A stretch of DNA of 55,290 nucleotides from Bacillota bacterium (GTDB lineage Bacteria > Bacillota > Sulfobacillia > Fermentithermobacillales > Fermentithermobacillaceae). Shown here piece after piece: positions 10,925 through 20,779 of the stretch (its first letter is position 1; every line of letters starts with the position of its first letter). Under the pieces are notes generated by a model. That model searched no databases and was not told where the DNA came from. It saw only the letters and a program-made list of their open reading frames with translations. The position numbers and the translations under genes are program-made. The stretch covers positions 1 through 55,290 of the forward strand of contig JBBDIP010000001.1 of the NCBI GenBank assembly GCA_040880305.1, in the 5' to 3' direction.

Positions 10925-11584
10925 TTGCATCTTTTGTTCTTGGGTCCTCCAGGGTCGGGTAAAGGGACGCAGGCAAAGCTTCTCGCTGAGAAGCACGGCC
11001 TCTACCATGTGGCTCCGGGCGATATTTTCAGGCAGGAGATCAGGGCAAAGTCCGAACTCGGAGCGCTCGTCGAGGGCGTTTTGTCGAGGGGCGAGCTGGT
11101 CGATGACGCCACAACCTTGAGGATTATCGAGAAGAGCCTGTCGTCGGCGCCGCGCGCAGCGGGGTTCGTGCTCGACGGTTTTCCCCGCAACCTTGCCCAG
11201 GCCGAGGCGCTGGATAAGATGCTTTCGGCCAGCGGCCGGCACATGGACCTGGTATTGAACTTGGTGGTGCCCGAGGAGAGGATCCTCGAGCGGGCCAAGA
11301 CCAGGAGGGTTTGCAGCCAGTGCGGCAAGCCTTACAGCTTGGCTGTCCAACCTCCCAAGGTCAGCGGCACATGCGACGTCTGCGGAGGGGAACTGGTGAC
11401 TCGAATGGATGACCGCGAGGAGACCGTCAAGGATCGCCTTTCAGTCTACCACCGGGTGACCGAACCTCTGGAGGACTATTATGGGCGAGAGGGACTCATG
11501 GTCTCGATACCGGGCGACGGCGAGGTCGACCAAGTAGCATCTAGGATTGAGCAGGAACTTCACGCCCGGAATCTTGTGAAGTGA
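10925..11584 (+). CDS. adk: Adenylate kinase (zinc-lid type)
   Basis: GPPGSGKGTQA P-loop. Lid has CSQCG...CDVCGG. Confidence 0.97.
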   Translation: MHLLFLGPPGSGKGTQAKLLAEKHGLYHVAPGDIFRQEIRAKSELGALVEGVLSRGELVDDATTLRIIEKSLSSAPRAAGFVLDGFPRNLAQAEALDKMLSASGRHMDLVLNLVVPEERILERAKTRRVCSQCGKPYSLAVQPPKVSGTCDVCGGELVTRMDDREETVKDRLSVYHRVTEPLEDYYGREGLMVSIPGDGEVDQVASRIEQELHARNLVK

Positions 11585-11594
11585 AAGTGATTCA

Positions 11595-12338
11595 ATGATA
11601 GTCATAAAGACGGACGAGGAAGTAGAGGTCATGGCCAAGGCCGGCAAGATAGCGGGGTCGTGTCTTTCCCTGTTGGGCAGCATGGTGAGACCGGGCATCA
11701 CCACTAGGGAGCTTGACTTGGCCGCCGAAGGATTCATGAGGAGTTGCGGGGCTGTCCCCACCTTCAAGGGTTATGGGGGGTTTCCCGCCAGCATCTGCAC
11801 TTCAATCAATGACGTGGTCGTCCACGGGATACCGGACGACACCCGTCTTGTGGAAGGCGACATCATCTCGATAGACGTTGGGGCTACCTTGATGGAGTTT
11901 GTCGGCGATACAGCGGCGACGTTTCCAGTGGGGAAGGTCTCGGCGCAGGCACGGCAACTCATGGACGTCACAAGGGACTCGCTCTTTGCTGGTATATCCG
12001 CGGCGAGAGAGGGCGCGCACCTGGGGGACGTCGGAGCGGCCGTCGAGGGTCTGGTAAGGAAGTTTGGGTTCAGCGTGGTCATGGATTATGCGGGCCACGG
12101 GGTCGGGCACAGGATGCACGAGGACCCAAGCGTCCCCAACTTTGGTAGTTGGGGAGTCGGTCCGGCGCTTCGCCGGGGCATGGTGTTAGCCATAGAGCCC
12201 ATGGTAAACGTCGGCCGTCCGGAGGTCATCTCTTACCCGAACATGCGGGTGGTTACCAAGGACGGGTCGCTATCGGCGCACTTCGAGCACACCGTGGCCG
12301 TCACCGCGGCGGGGCCCAGGTGCCTGACTCTGGTATAA
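11595..12338 (+). CDS. map: Methionine aminopeptidase type I
   Basis: Conserved metal ligands in context ([30 protein letters not shown]). Confidence 0.97.
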   Translation: MIVIKTDEEVEVMAKAGKIAGSCLSLLGSMVRPGITTRELDLAAEGFMRSCGAVPTFKGYGGFPASICTSINDVVVHGIPDDTRLVEGDIISIDVGATLMEFVGDTAATFPVGKVSAQARQLMDVTRDSLFAGISAAREGAHLGDVGAAVEGLVRKFGFSVVMDYAGHGVGHRMHEDPSVPNFGSWGVGPALRRGMVLAIEPMVNVGRPEVISYPNMRVVTKDGSLSAHFEHTVAVTAAGPRCLTLV

Positions 12339-12385
12339 ATTGCCAACCGGGGGAAAGACTTTGTTGGGGTATGAGGGGGAATACG

Positions 12386-12604
12386 ATGCCGAAGCAAGAC
12401 AGCATTGAGGTTGAGGGCAAGGTAGTGGAACCACTACCCAATGCAATGTTTCGGGTGGAGATCGAGGGAGGGCATAAGGTCCTCGCTCACATATCCGGTA
12501 GGATGCGGATCAACTTCATCAAGATCCTATCCGGAGATAGGGTTCTTCTTGAACTCTCTCCTTACGACCTCTCCCGTGGCAGAATAATCCGTCGCTTACG
12601 GTAG
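12386..12604 (+). CDS. infA: Translation initiation factor IF-1
   Basis: [41 protein letters not shown]... The ATG at 12386 is internal to the 151-aa ORF-track entry. Confidence 0.96.
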   Translation: MPKQDSIEVEGKVVEPLPNAMFRVEIEGGHKVLAHISGRMRINFIKILSGDRVLLELSPYDLSRGRIIRRLR

Positions 12605-12623
12605 CCGATAAGGAGGGTTTTCG

Positions 12624-12737
12624 GTGAAGGTAAGACCTTCAGTTAAGAAGATGTGTGAGAAGTGCCGCATCGTGAAACGACATGGACGGATCAGGGTGCT
12701 CTGCACCAATCCAAAGCACAAGCAGAAGCAGGGATAA
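12624..12737 (+). CDS. rpmJ: 50S ribosomal protein L36 (zinc form)
   Basis: Hand translation gives (M)[46 protein letters not shown] before GTG 12624. Too short for the ORF track. Confidence 0.94.
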   Translation: MKVRPSVKKMCEKCRIVKRHGRIRVLCTNPKHKQKQG

Positions 12738-12752
12738 GGCGGGGGTGAAGGA

Positions 12753-13124
12753 ATGGCTCGTATATCAGGTGTTGACTTACCCAGGGAGAAAAGGATTGAG
12801 GCCGCGCTCCCCTACATTTACGGGATCGGCCCTACCCGGGCCGTAAAAATCCTGAAGGCCACGGGCATCAGCCCCGACACTAGGGTCAGAGACCTGACTG
12901 AAGAAGAGATCTCCAAGATAAGGGAGTTCATTGATAGGAGCTACAAGATCGAGGGAGACCTCAAGTCCGAAATCCAGCTCAATATCAAGCGACTCATCGA
13001 CCTCGGCACCTACAGGGGTCTCCGTCACAGAAGGGGACTCCCGGTCAGAGGCCAGAGGACTCAGACCAACGCCAGGACCAGGAAAGGTCCCAAAAAGACT
13101 GTCGGCATCAGGCGAAAGAAGTAA
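12753..13124 (+). CDS. rpsM: 30S ribosomal protein S13
   Basis: [26 protein letters not shown]. Confidence 0.98.
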   Translation: MARISGVDLPREKRIEAALPYIYGIGPTRAVKILKATGISPDTRVRDLTEEEISKIREFIDRSYKIEGDLKSEIQLNIKRLIDLGTYRGLRHRRGLPVRGQRTQTNARTRKGPKKTVGIRRKK

Positions 13125-13139
13125 GGGGGCGCTCGATTC

Positions 13140-13529
13140 TTGGCAAAGAAGAAGGAACGGACGAGAAGAAGAGAACGGCGCATCGTCGAGAAGGGCGTCG
13201 CTCACATAAAGTCCACGTTCAACAACACTATAGTCTTGATCACCGATACCACCGGTGGGGCGATCTCGTGGTCCTCTGCCGGCAAGCAGGGCTTCAAGGG
13301 GTCGAGGAAGTCCACCCCGTTCGCGGCCCAGCTCGCGGCTGAGACCGCGGCAAAGACAGCCATGGATCAAGGGATGCGCGAGGTCGAGGTCATGGTGAAG
13401 GGTCCCGGTTCCGGCAGGGAATCGGCTATCCGCGCTCTGCAGGCGGCAGGCCTCGAAGTAACCGTGATCAAGGACACCACTCCTGTGCCGCACAACGGAT
13501 GCCGTCCGCCGAAGCGGCGTCGTGTATAA
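13140..13529 (+). CDS. rpsK: 30S ribosomal protein S11
   Basis: [18 protein letters not shown]..., [16 protein letters not shown]. Confidence 0.98.
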   Translation: MAKKKERTRRRERRIVEKGVAHIKSTFNNTIVLITDTTGGAISWSSAGKQGFKGSRKSTPFAAQLAAETAAKTAMDQGMREVEVMVKGPGSGRESAIRALQAAGLEVTVIKDTTPVPHNGCRPPKRRRV

Positions 13530-13541
13530 GGGAGGCAGACA

Positions 13542-14162
13542 ATGTCTAGGTATACCGATGCGTCATGCAGGTTGTGCAGGCGCGAGCAGCAGAAGCTGTA
13601 TCTGAAGGGCACCAAGTGCGTGACCAAGTGCACCTTTGAAAAGCGCGCTACCCCGCCCGGGCAGCACGGCAGGCAGCGGAGGCCAAGCGAGTACGGGCTT
13701 CAGCTCCGCGAAAAACAGAAGGCCAGAAGGTTCTACGGGGTTGGCGAGAAGCAGTTCAGGAACTATTTTGCCCGGGCGATCAAGACCCGCGGCATCACTG
13801 GCAAGACCCTTATGATCCTTCTCGAGCGCAGGCTCGATAATGTCGTCTACCGCGCCGGGTTCGCCTATTCCAGGAAGCAGGCCAGGCAGATCGTGACCCA
13901 CGGACACGTCGAGGTCAACGGCCACAAGGTCGACATTCCGTCATTCCTGGTCAGCGCCGGAGACGAGGTCAAGATCCGTCCTAGCCACCTGAAGCTGGAC
14001 TATTTCAAGGCGATCGCAGACGGGCTGCAGGGTCACCACGTTCCTGCCTGGATGTCCTTTGATGCTGACAATTGGAAGGTCACCATATTACGGTTGCCCG
14101 AGAGGGACGAGGTGGACGCTCCTGTCGATGAGAGACTCATCGTCGAGCTGTACTCCAAGTAA
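13542..14162 (+). CDS. rpsD: 30S ribosomal protein S4
   Basis: MSRYTDASCRLCRREQQKLYLKG...; S4 domain LERRLDNVVYRAGFA. Confidence 0.97.
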   Translation: MSRYTDASCRLCRREQQKLYLKGTKCVTKCTFEKRATPPGQHGRQRRPSEYGLQLREKQKARRFYGVGEKQFRNYFARAIKTRGITGKTLMILLERRLDNVVYRAGFAYSRKQARQIVTHGHVEVNGHKVDIPSFLVSAGDEVKIRPSHLKLDYFKAIADGLQGHHVPAWMSFDADNWKVTILRLPERDEVDAPVDERLIVELYSK

Positions 14163-14204
14163 AGAACCCCTATTTATGGCTTATCGAAGGGGGCCAGTTA
14201 GATA

Positions 14205-15155
14205 GTGTTCAACTTCATAGAGCCTAAGGTTGAGTGCGAAGAGATCTCTGCCGACAGGAAGTTCGGTCGCTTCGTTGTGGAGCCGTTGGAGGGCGGGTAC
14301 GGTATCACAGTTGGCAACTCCCTCCGGAGAGTCCTTCTGTCGTCGTTACCCGGAGCTGCGGTAACCAGGCTTAACATCGAAGGGGTTCTTCATGAGTTCT
14401 CGACCATCCCTGATGTCCGCGAAGACGTCACCGATATCCTCCTGAACGTCAAGTCGCTGGTGGTGAGGCTTCACAGCCCGGGTCCCAAGGTGGCCCGGAT
14501 TGAGAAGGAAGGGCCGGGCGAGGTGACGGGGTTCGATATCGTGGTCGACCCCGATGTCGAGATCATCAATCCTGAGCTTCACATCGCCGACCTTGATACC
14601 GGCGGGCGTCTCGGAGTGGAGCTGACTATCGAGGAAGGCCGAGGGTACGTTACAGCTGAGGCCAACAAGATCCTGAGCCAGCCGATAGGAGTCATCGCCA
14701 TCGACTCCAGGTTCACTCCGGTGACCAAGGTGAACTACGCCATCAGCGCCACGCGTGTTGGCAACAGGACCGACTACGACAAGTTGACTCTGGAGATCTG
14801 GACCGACGGCAGTATCAGGCCTGAAGAAGCCTTAGAACGGGCCGCCGATATCCTGATCGAGCACTTCACGCTGTTCAAGAACCTTTCGGCCAAGGTCAGA
14901 GAGGAAGCCAGCGAGGAAGAAGCCGACGAGAAGACCGAGGTTGAGAGAGTCCTTGAGATGCCAATCGAGGAACTCGAGCTTTCAATGAGGTCCTTCAATT
15001 GCCTGAAGAGGGCCGGCATCAACAGCGTGGCCGAGCTCATCCAGAAGTCCGAAGAGGAAATATCCAAGGTACGCAACATGGGCAAGAAATCCCTCGAGGA
15101 AGTCAAGAACAAGCTGGCCGAAATGGGATTGGCTTTCCGCCCCGAGGAAGAATAA
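14205..15155 (+). CDS. rpoA: DNA-directed RNA polymerase alpha subunit
   Basis: GYGITVGNSLRRVLLSSLPGAA; C-terminal domain LELSMRSFNCLKRAGINSVAEL. Confidence 0.98.
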   Translation: MFNFIEPKVECEEISADRKFGRFVVEPLEGGYGITVGNSLRRVLLSSLPGAAVTRLNIEGVLHEFSTIPDVREDVTDILLNVKSLVVRLHSPGPKVARIEKEGPGEVTGFDIVVDPDVEIINPELHIADLDTGGRLGVELTIEEGRGYVTAEANKILSQPIGVIAIDSRFTPVTKVNYAISATRVGNRTDYDKLTLEIWTDGSIRPEEALERAADILIEHFTLFKNLSAKVREEASEEEADEKTEVERVLEMPIEELELSMRSFNCLKRAGINSVAELIQKSEEEISKVRNMGKKSLEEVKNKLAEMGLAFRPEEE

Positions 15156-15187
15156 GGGGTTTTCTTGCCCCACTGAGATAGGGGGAA

Positions 15188-15544
15188 ATGAAGTTGGCTC
15201 ACTCGCGTTTCGACCGACCGATGGGGCAGAGGCGTGCTCTCTTGCGTGGGCTGGTTACGTCTTTCCTTGAGACGGAGCGCATCAAGACCACCCTGACCAA
15301 GGCCAAGGAAGCCCAGTCGATATCCGAAAAGATGATCACTCTGGGCAAGTTGGACACGCTCGCCGCACGGCGTCAGGCAATGAGCTATATCACCAAAGAA
15401 GACGTGGTGAAGAAGCTTTTCGATACTATCGCGCCCAGGTACGCTCACAGGAGCGGCGGCTACACCCGCATCCTGGACATCTCTGACAGGCTTGGCGACG
15501 GCGCCCCGATGGCCATACTCGAACTCGTCGCGCCGGAGAAGTAG
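15188..15544 (+). CDS. rplQ: 50S ribosomal protein L17
   Basis: GQRRALLRGLVTSFLETERIKTT..., GGYTRILD. Confidence 0.97.
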   Translation: MKLAHSRFDRPMGQRRALLRGLVTSFLETERIKTTLTKAKEAQSISEKMITLGKLDTLAARRQAMSYITKEDVVKKLFDTIAPRYAHRSGGYTRILDISDRLGDGAPMAILELVAPEK

Positions 15545-15553
15545 GGCCCGGTA

Positions 15554-16411
15554 ATGGCCCAAGAGGCCGGGACCATAGAGACCAGATCTCTTTATTACCG
15601 GTACCAGCTGGGAGAAGAGGAAAGCGTAGCGGCGTTGGCCGGGGTGGATTTAAGGGTGTCGCAAGGAGAGTTCCTTGTGATCATCGGCCCTAACGGGTCC
15701 GGCAAATCTACCCTGGCCAAGCATTTTAACGTTCTGCTCCTGCCGGAATCCGGTGACGTTTTCGTATTTGGGATGAACACCAAGGATGAGAAGTACACCT
15801 GGGACGTCAGGCGTTCGGCGGGAATGGTGTTTCAAAACCCCGACAACCAGATCGTCGCCACAGTGGTAGAGGAAGACGTGGCCTTTGGGCCGGAGAACCT
15901 GGGCGTCCCTCCGGCCGAGATAAGGTCCAGGGTTGACGAGTCACTTGATTCAGTGGATATGCTGCGATTTCGCCGCCACGCTCCGCATCTGTTGTCAGGC
16001 GGCCAGAAGCAAAGAGTCGCCATAGCGGGCGTCCTGGCCATGAAGCCTAAGTGCATCATCCTTGACGAGCCCACTGCCATGTTGGACCCGCGGGGGCGTG
16101 AAGAGGTCATGCGGACCGTGCTGGATCTGAACCGCAAGCACGGGATCACGATAATCCACATCACCCACTACATGGACGAGGCGCTCTATGCGGACAGGGT
16201 GCTGGTCATGGACGCAGGCAAGGTCATGATGGAAGGGCCGCCCAAAGAGGTTTTTAGGAATAAGGACAAGCTCCAGACGTTGGGACTCGACGTGCCGCCC
16301 TTGGGGAAACTTTCGGCCATGTTGGCCGGTGCCGGATACGACGTCGCTCCCGACGCTCTCTCGGTCCAGGAACTGGTGGAAGAGATATGCCGATTGAAAT
16401 CAAAGACCTAA
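15554..16411 (+). CDS. ecfA1: ECF transporter ATPase subunit A1
   Basis: Walker A GPNGSGKST, LSGGQKQR, Walker B ILDEPT. Canonical position after rplQ in Bacillota. Confidence 0.93.
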   Translation: MAQEAGTIETRSLYYRYQLGEEESVAALAGVDLRVSQGEFLVIIGPNGSGKSTLAKHFNVLLLPESGDVFVFGMNTKDEKYTWDVRRSAGMVFQNPDNQIVATVVEEDVAFGPENLGVPPAEIRSRVDESLDSVDMLRFRRHAPHLLSGGQKQRVAIAGVLAMKPKCIILDEPTAMLDPRGREEVMRTVLDLNRKHGITIIHITHYMDEALYADRVLVMDAGKVMMEGPPKEVFRNKDKLQTLGLDVPPLGKLSAMLAGAGYDVAPDALSVQELVEEICRLKSKT

Positions 16412-17253
16412 CTCACATATACAACAAGGGCTCGACTTCAGAGTTGACGGCCCTGTCCTCGGTTAGCTTTAGGATCGAGGACGGAGAGTTTGTGGGCCTC
16501 ATTGGGCCCACCGGATCCGGCAAGTCCACGCTGATCCAGCATCTGAACGGGCTGCTCAAACCCACCTCGGGCAAGGTCCTGGTAGATGGCCGCGACATAT
16601 GGGAGAAGGGGCACAGCCTTCGTTCTCTTCGCCAGAAGGTGGGGCTGGTATTCCAGTACGCTGAACAGCAGGTGTTTGAGGAGACGGTCTGGGAGGACAT
16701 AGCCTTCGGCCCCCGCAACCTGGGCCTTGGCGATGAGCAGGTGAAATCCCGGGTCAAGGCGGCGGCCGCCATGGTCGGGCTGCCCGACGAACTCCTGCAG
16801 CGGTCACCGTTTGAACTCTCCGGCGGTCAGCTGCGCAGGGTCGCCGTGGCGGGAGTCGTATCCATGGAGCCCCAGGTGCTGATCTTGGACGAACCTGCGG
16901 CCGGGCTTGACCCGAAGGGCCGAGACGAGCTGCTTTCCCACGTGCAGCGCATGCACGCGGGAGGCATGACGGTGATCCTTGTTTCCCACAACATGGAGGA
17001 CGTAGCCAGGCTGTGCGAGAGACTCCTGGTCCTCAATCAGGGCCGCCTTGTGGCTGACGGCGCTCCCAGAGACATCTTCTCAAAGGCCGACTTCATATCC
17101 GAAGTAGGGCTGCGCGCACCAGATGTGGTCGCTCTCATGGAGAGTCTGAGGGGGCGTGGCTGGGCGGTGCGCACCGACGTCGTGAACGTCGAGGAAGCGT
17201 TCAAGGAGATCACGCGGGAACTTAGCGCAAAGGGGGCGGAGCGGGCTTTATGA
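16387..17253 (+). CDS. ecfA2: ECF transporter ATPase subunit A2
   Basis: GPTGSGKST, LSGGQLRR, ILDEPAAGLDP. Confidence 0.93.
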   Translation: MPIEIKDLTHIYNKGSTSELTALSSVSFRIEDGEFVGLIGPTGSGKSTLIQHLNGLLKPTSGKVLVDGRDIWEKGHSLRSLRQKVGLVFQYAEQQVFEETVWEDIAFGPRNLGLGDEQVKSRVKAAAAMVGLPDELLQRSPFELSGGQLRRVAVAGVVSMEPQVLILDEPAAGLDPKGRDELLSHVQRMHAGGMTVILVSHNMEDVARLCERLLVLNQGRLVADGAPRDIFSKADFISEVGLRAPDVVALMESLRGRGWAVRTDVVNVEEAFKEITRELSAKGAERAL

Positions 17254-18077
17254 TGTCGAGCGGCGTCCTCATGGGCCAGTACTACCCCGCCGAATCACCT
17301 GTCCACGCGATGGACCCGCGGGTGAAGATCGCCATCGCGGTAGTCTTTATGGTGGTCCTCTTCGTGGGCAACAATTTCTACGCGTTTATGGTTATGGGAG
17401 CGTTCGCGTTCCTGGCTGCGGCGATGTCCAGGGTCCCGGCTTCCCTCCTCCTCAGGGGTTTGAGGCCAATAGCGTTTATCATGGTGTTTACCCTGGTACT
17501 GCACCTTTTCCTCACTCCAGGCCCCGCGATCTTCAAGATCGGGCCAGTCACCGCTACCTGGTCCGGCTTGGTCCAAGGTTTGTTCATTGGCGTGAGGTTG
17601 GTCATCCTCATCATGTTCACGTCGCTCCTTACTCTCACCACGTCGCCTATCGAGCTGACTGATGGGTTGGAAGACATCCTGAAGCCTTTCGCCCGCGTGG
17701 GTGTCCCGGCACACGAACTGGCCATGATGATGACCATCGCGCTGCGCTTCATCCCGACGCTTCTAGAGGAAGCCGAGCGGATCATGAAGGCCCAGATGGC
17801 CAGGGGCGCGGATTTCGAGTCGGGCAACATGGTAAAGAGGGCCAAGAGTTTGGTGCCGCTTTTGGTCCCGCTGTTCGTAAGCGCATTTCGGCGGGCCGAC
17901 GACCTTGCTATGGCCATGGAAGCCCGCTGCTACAGGGGCGGCGAGGGTCGAACCAGGATGCGCCAGTTCCACCTGCACCTTCGCGACTACCTTGCGTTCA
18001 TGCTGGTAGCGCTTGTGTCAGCAGTTGTCATCTTCATGAGGACGCGTTTCGGGCCGGTTATCCCGCGAGGAATCTAG
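17250..18077 (+). CDS. ecfT: ECF transporter transmembrane subunit T
   Basis: Multi-TM protein with an EcfT/CbiQ-type ARG motif region (MARGADFE). ATGA overlap with ecfA2. Confidence 0.9.
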   Translation: MMSSGVLMGQYYPAESPVHAMDPRVKIAIAVVFMVVLFVGNNFYAFMVMGAFAFLAAAMSRVPASLLLRGLRPIAFIMVFTLVLHLFLTPGPAIFKIGPVTATWSGLVQGLFIGVRLVILIMFTSLLTLTTSPIELTDGLEDILKPFARVGVPAHELAMMMTIALRFIPTLLEEAERIMKAQMARGADFESGNMVKRAKSLVPLLVPLFVSAFRRADDLAMAMEARCYRGGEGRTRMRQFHLHLRDYLAFMLVALVSAVVIFMRTRFGPVIPRGI

Positions 18078-18079
18078 CC

Positions 18080-18862
18080 GTGGAGAGCTGCGCGCCGCAG
18101 ACCGCGGTGAGGCGCCTTCGGGCCGTTGTTCAGTACGACGGCACCGGGTTTCGCGGGTTTCAGCGTCAAAAGGATGAGAGGACTGTGCAGGAGGTCCTGG
18201 AGTCCGCCCTGGGAGAGCTCCTTGGGCATAGCGTGACGGTCAAGGGTTCCGGCAGGACCGACGCCGGGGTCCACGCCCGGGGGCAGGTGATATCGTTCAT
18301 CACGACCGGGACCGTACCCAGCGAAAGACTGCCGAGGGCTCTGTCGACGTTCCTTCCGGGCGACATACTGTTGGATAGGGCCGAGGATGTTCCTCTGGAC
18401 TTCGATCCGCAGATGGACGCGACCGGCAAGACGTACTGCTACCGGATATGGCGCCTGCCCAAACAGGACGTCTTTTGGGCGCGGTACTCGCACTGGGACC
18501 ACGGGAGGCTCGATTTCGGTCTCCTGGCTGAAGAGACCCGGTCGCTGGTCGGCAAGCACGACTTCCTCTCTTTTCGGGCGGTGGGGTCTTCGGCGAAGAC
18601 CACGGTCCGCGAAGTCAGGGAGGCAAGGTGGGTAAGCAGGGAAGTCGACGGCCAGAGGGACGCTCTCTGGGAGTTCTGGGTCTCGGCCGACGGGTTCTTG
18701 TACAAGATGGTGCGGCTTGCAGTCGGGACGCTGCTGGACGTCGCCAGAGGGCATTTCCCGCCGCGCACAGTAGAGAAGGCGCTCAGGTTTCCCGGTCAGA
18801 TCAAGATAGGTACTTGCGCACCAGGAAAAGGACTGTGTCTTGAGGAAGTCACCTTCTCTTGA
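18080..18862 (+). CDS. truA: tRNA pseudouridine(38-40) synthase
   Basis: VQYDGTGFRGFQRQ..., GSGRTDAGVHARGQV (catalytic Asp). Confidence 0.95.
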   Translation: MESCAPQTAVRRLRAVVQYDGTGFRGFQRQKDERTVQEVLESALGELLGHSVTVKGSGRTDAGVHARGQVISFITTGTVPSERLPRALSTFLPGDILLDRAEDVPLDFDPQMDATGKTYCYRIWRLPKQDVFWARYSHWDHGRLDFGLLAEETRSLVGKHDFLSFRAVGSSAKTTVREVREARWVSREVDGQRDALWEFWVSADGFLYKMVRLAVGTLLDVARGHFPPRTVEKALRFPGQIKIGTCAPGKGLCLEEVTFS

Positions 18863-18927
18863 CCCGGCTTAGGTGCACCGTTAGAATAAATACTGCTTGC
18901 ATTGGCGGTATCAAGGAGGTTTTCGCG

Positions 18928-19365
18928 TTGGCCGATTCGTACATGGCTAAACCCGGGCAGGTCGAGAGGAAATGGTGGATCATCGACGCCGAAGGGAAGC
19001 CCCTCGGAAGGCTATCCACTCTGTGCTCCAGCATTCTTCGCGGCAAGCTGAAGCCCACTTACACGCCCTCCGTCGACACGGGGGACAGCGTGATCATATT
19101 GAATGCTGAGAAAGTGAAGCTTACGGGCAACAAGGCCCAGCAGAAGGTGTTCTTCACCCACTCGGGATACCCGGGCGGGGCGAAGTACACACCCTACGAG
19201 ATCATGCTGAAGAAGAATCCGCGCGCCATCATCGAGGCGGCGGTCAAAGGCATGCTTTCCCACAACCGCCTTTCAAGGCGGATCATCAAGCGCCTGTTCG
19301 TGTACAGGGGCGGGACCCATCCTCACGAGGCTCAGAAGCCGTCCGTGTGGCAAGGAGGAGAGTAA
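18928..19365 (+). CDS. rplM: 50S ribosomal protein L13
   Basis: (M)[39 protein letters not shown] 8 nt before TTG 18928. ATG 18943 is the alternative; the ORF track start at 18859 is unlikely. Confidence 0.93.
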   Translation: MADSYMAKPGQVERKWWIIDAEGKPLGRLSTLCSSILRGKLKPTYTPSVDTGDSVIILNAEKVKLTGNKAQQKVFFTHSGYPGGAKYTPYEIMLKKNPRAIIEAAVKGMLSHNRLSRRIIKRLFVYRGGTHPHEAQKPSVWQGGE

Positions 19366-19757
19366 TGTTGTCAGAAGCAGTCTTCGCGACCGGACGGCGT
19401 AAGAACGCTGTCGCCAGGGTAAGGATTCTACCCGGCACCGGCAAGATCGACGTGAACGGCAAGGACCTTGCCGGCTATTTCATGAACCCGAGTCTGGAGC
19501 AGGAGGTCACGGCTCCCTTCAAGTTGACCGAGACCGAAGGCAGGTTCGACCTCTTCGTTAACGTTGTGGGGGGCGGGCTTTCGGGACAGGCGGGAGCATG
19601 TAGGCATGGCTTGGCCAGGGCCCTCCTAATCGTGGACGAGAACCTGCGCGGCTCCCTGAAGAAGGCCGGGTTCCTCACCCGTGACCCGAGGATGGTTGAA
19701 CGTAAGAAGTACGGGCTCAAGAAGGCCCGCAAGGCTCCTCAGTTCTCCAAGCGTTAG
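19365..19757 (+). CDS. rpsI: 30S ribosomal protein S9
   Basis: [19 protein letters not shown]..., C-terminal [21 protein letters not shown]; the ATG overlaps the rplM stop (TAATG). Confidence 0.95.
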   Translation: MLSEAVFATGRRKNAVARVRILPGTGKIDVNGKDLAGYFMNPSLEQEVTAPFKLTETEGRFDLFVNVVGGGLSGQAGACRHGLARALLIVDENLRGSLKKAGFLTRDPRMVERKKYGLKKARKAPQFSKR

Positions 19758-19838
19758 GAAGACTGCGGCGCTCTTAGGCATATGTGCTGTCTTCCCTGAG
19801 TACTGTTTCAGAGTGAGTCCGCGTCTGGAACACGGGGG

Positions 19839-20561
19839 ATGCTCATGGCTAGAAGAAGGGGCAGGCGTAGTCGCCCGCCCCTCTTAATTGTTGGCTCCCA
19901 CAGAGCGACGTTCATGATCGCCCTGTTCATGGCGAGCATGTTCACGGCGGGGATTGTGGGCGGCGTCGCCTTGCCCGCAGCCTCGACAGGTCCCCTTTCG
20001 GGGCAGGTCGTCTACATCGACCCGGGGCACGGCGGCATCGACCCCGGGGCGTGCGGCCGCGATGTTGTTGAAAAGGACGTCGTCCTCAACGTAGCGCTCT
20101 ACCTTGGAGTCCGCCTGGAGAAGAGCGGCGCTCGCGTGGTGTATTCCCGGACGGGCGACTACGACCTGGATGCCGACGGTAAGGACGATGCCGAAGAGCG
20201 CATCAAGATCATCGAATCCAGCGGCGCTACCGTGGTAATCTCACTGCACTGCAACGCGTTTCCCGACCCTTCGGAATGGGGCGCGCAGACTTTCTATAAC
20301 AGCTCTAAGAACCCCGAGAGCAGGCGGCTCGCCTTGCTTGTTCAAGATGAACTCGTAAAGGCTACCGAAAGCCCCCGCGAAGCCTCCGCTAGGCTGGACC
20401 ACTTCATATTGAGTCATTCGGCGGTTCCCTCGGTCACTGTCGAGATGGGCTTCCTGTCGAACCCCAGAGAGGAAGGCTTGCTCGGCTCTCACGCCTACCA
20501 ACAGAAGATAGCAGAGTGCATCCGCCGCGCGGTAGTCTCGTTTGTAAGCGGGAGCGTATAG
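19839..20561 (+). CDS. cwlD: N-acetylmuramoyl-L-alanine amidase, CwlD-like (germination-specific)
   Basis: N-terminal TM segment. Amidase_3 motifs YIDPGHGGIDPGA, ISLHCNAF, VTVEMGFLSN. Same position after rpsI as in Bacillus. ATG 19845 is an alternative start. Confidence 0.88.
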   Translation: MLMARRRGRRSRPPLLIVGSHRATFMIALFMASMFTAGIVGGVALPAASTGPLSGQVVYIDPGHGGIDPGACGRDVVEKDVVLNVALYLGVRLEKSGARVVYSRTGDYDLDADGKDDAEERIKIIESSGATVVISLHCNAFPDPSEWGAQTFYNSSKNPESRRLALLVQDELVKATESPREASARLDHFILSHSAVPSVTVEMGFLSNPREEGLLGSHAYQQKIAECIRRAVVSFVSGSV

Positions 20562-20605
20562 CACCTAGCCCCCTCAACAATCGGAAGCAGAATGTCATCT
20601 CACAA

Positions 20606-20621
20606 TGGCTTCGCCATTGCT
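20606..20621 (+). promoter_or_regulatory. Candidate sigma-54 (-24/-12) promoter upstream of ord
   Basis: TGGCttcgccaTTGCt has the TGGC-N7-TTGC spacing of the TGGCAC-N5-TTGCW consensus. It is intergenic, about 160 nt upstream of ord. A chance match is possible (8 fixed nt), and no enhancer-binding protein is in the window. Confidence 0.3.
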
Positions 20622-20704
20622 TGCGACGCGGCAAAGACTCCGCTACCGCTCTGTCTTTGCCTCACCAGAAGGATTTTCCTGTTTATGCAGGAACGTATAA
20701 GGCG

Positions 20705-20720
20705 GGAGACATGTGTCTCC
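20705..20720. promoter_or_regulatory. Inverted repeat GGAGACA-TG-TGTCTCC (candidate operator or 5'-UTR hairpin)
   Basis: 7-bp perfect arms separated by 2 nt, located 60 nt upstream of the ord ATG and just downstream of a TATAAG box (20696-20701). Confidence 0.3.
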
Positions 20721-20779
20721 TATTGGGAAGACTCGTAACGAAAACGATCCTTCAAAACACTTAGAGCAGGGGGAAAATC

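Noticed and set aside
12149-12385. N-terminal 79-aa extension of the infA ORF.
   Set aside because: The extension overlaps the 3' end of map in another frame and has no IF-1 homology. The conserved IF-1 sequence starts exactly at ATG 12386.
19757-19795. Terminator after rpsI (GGAAGAC...GTCTTCC).
   Set aside because: The stem is only 7 bp, the loop is about 25 nt, and there is no U-tract. This is too weak to call.
20562-20779. Cobalamin riboswitch ahead of the B12-dependent ornithine aminomutase operon.
   Set aside because: No B12-box-like sequence or the expected multi-stem architecture is recognisable by eye in the leader.
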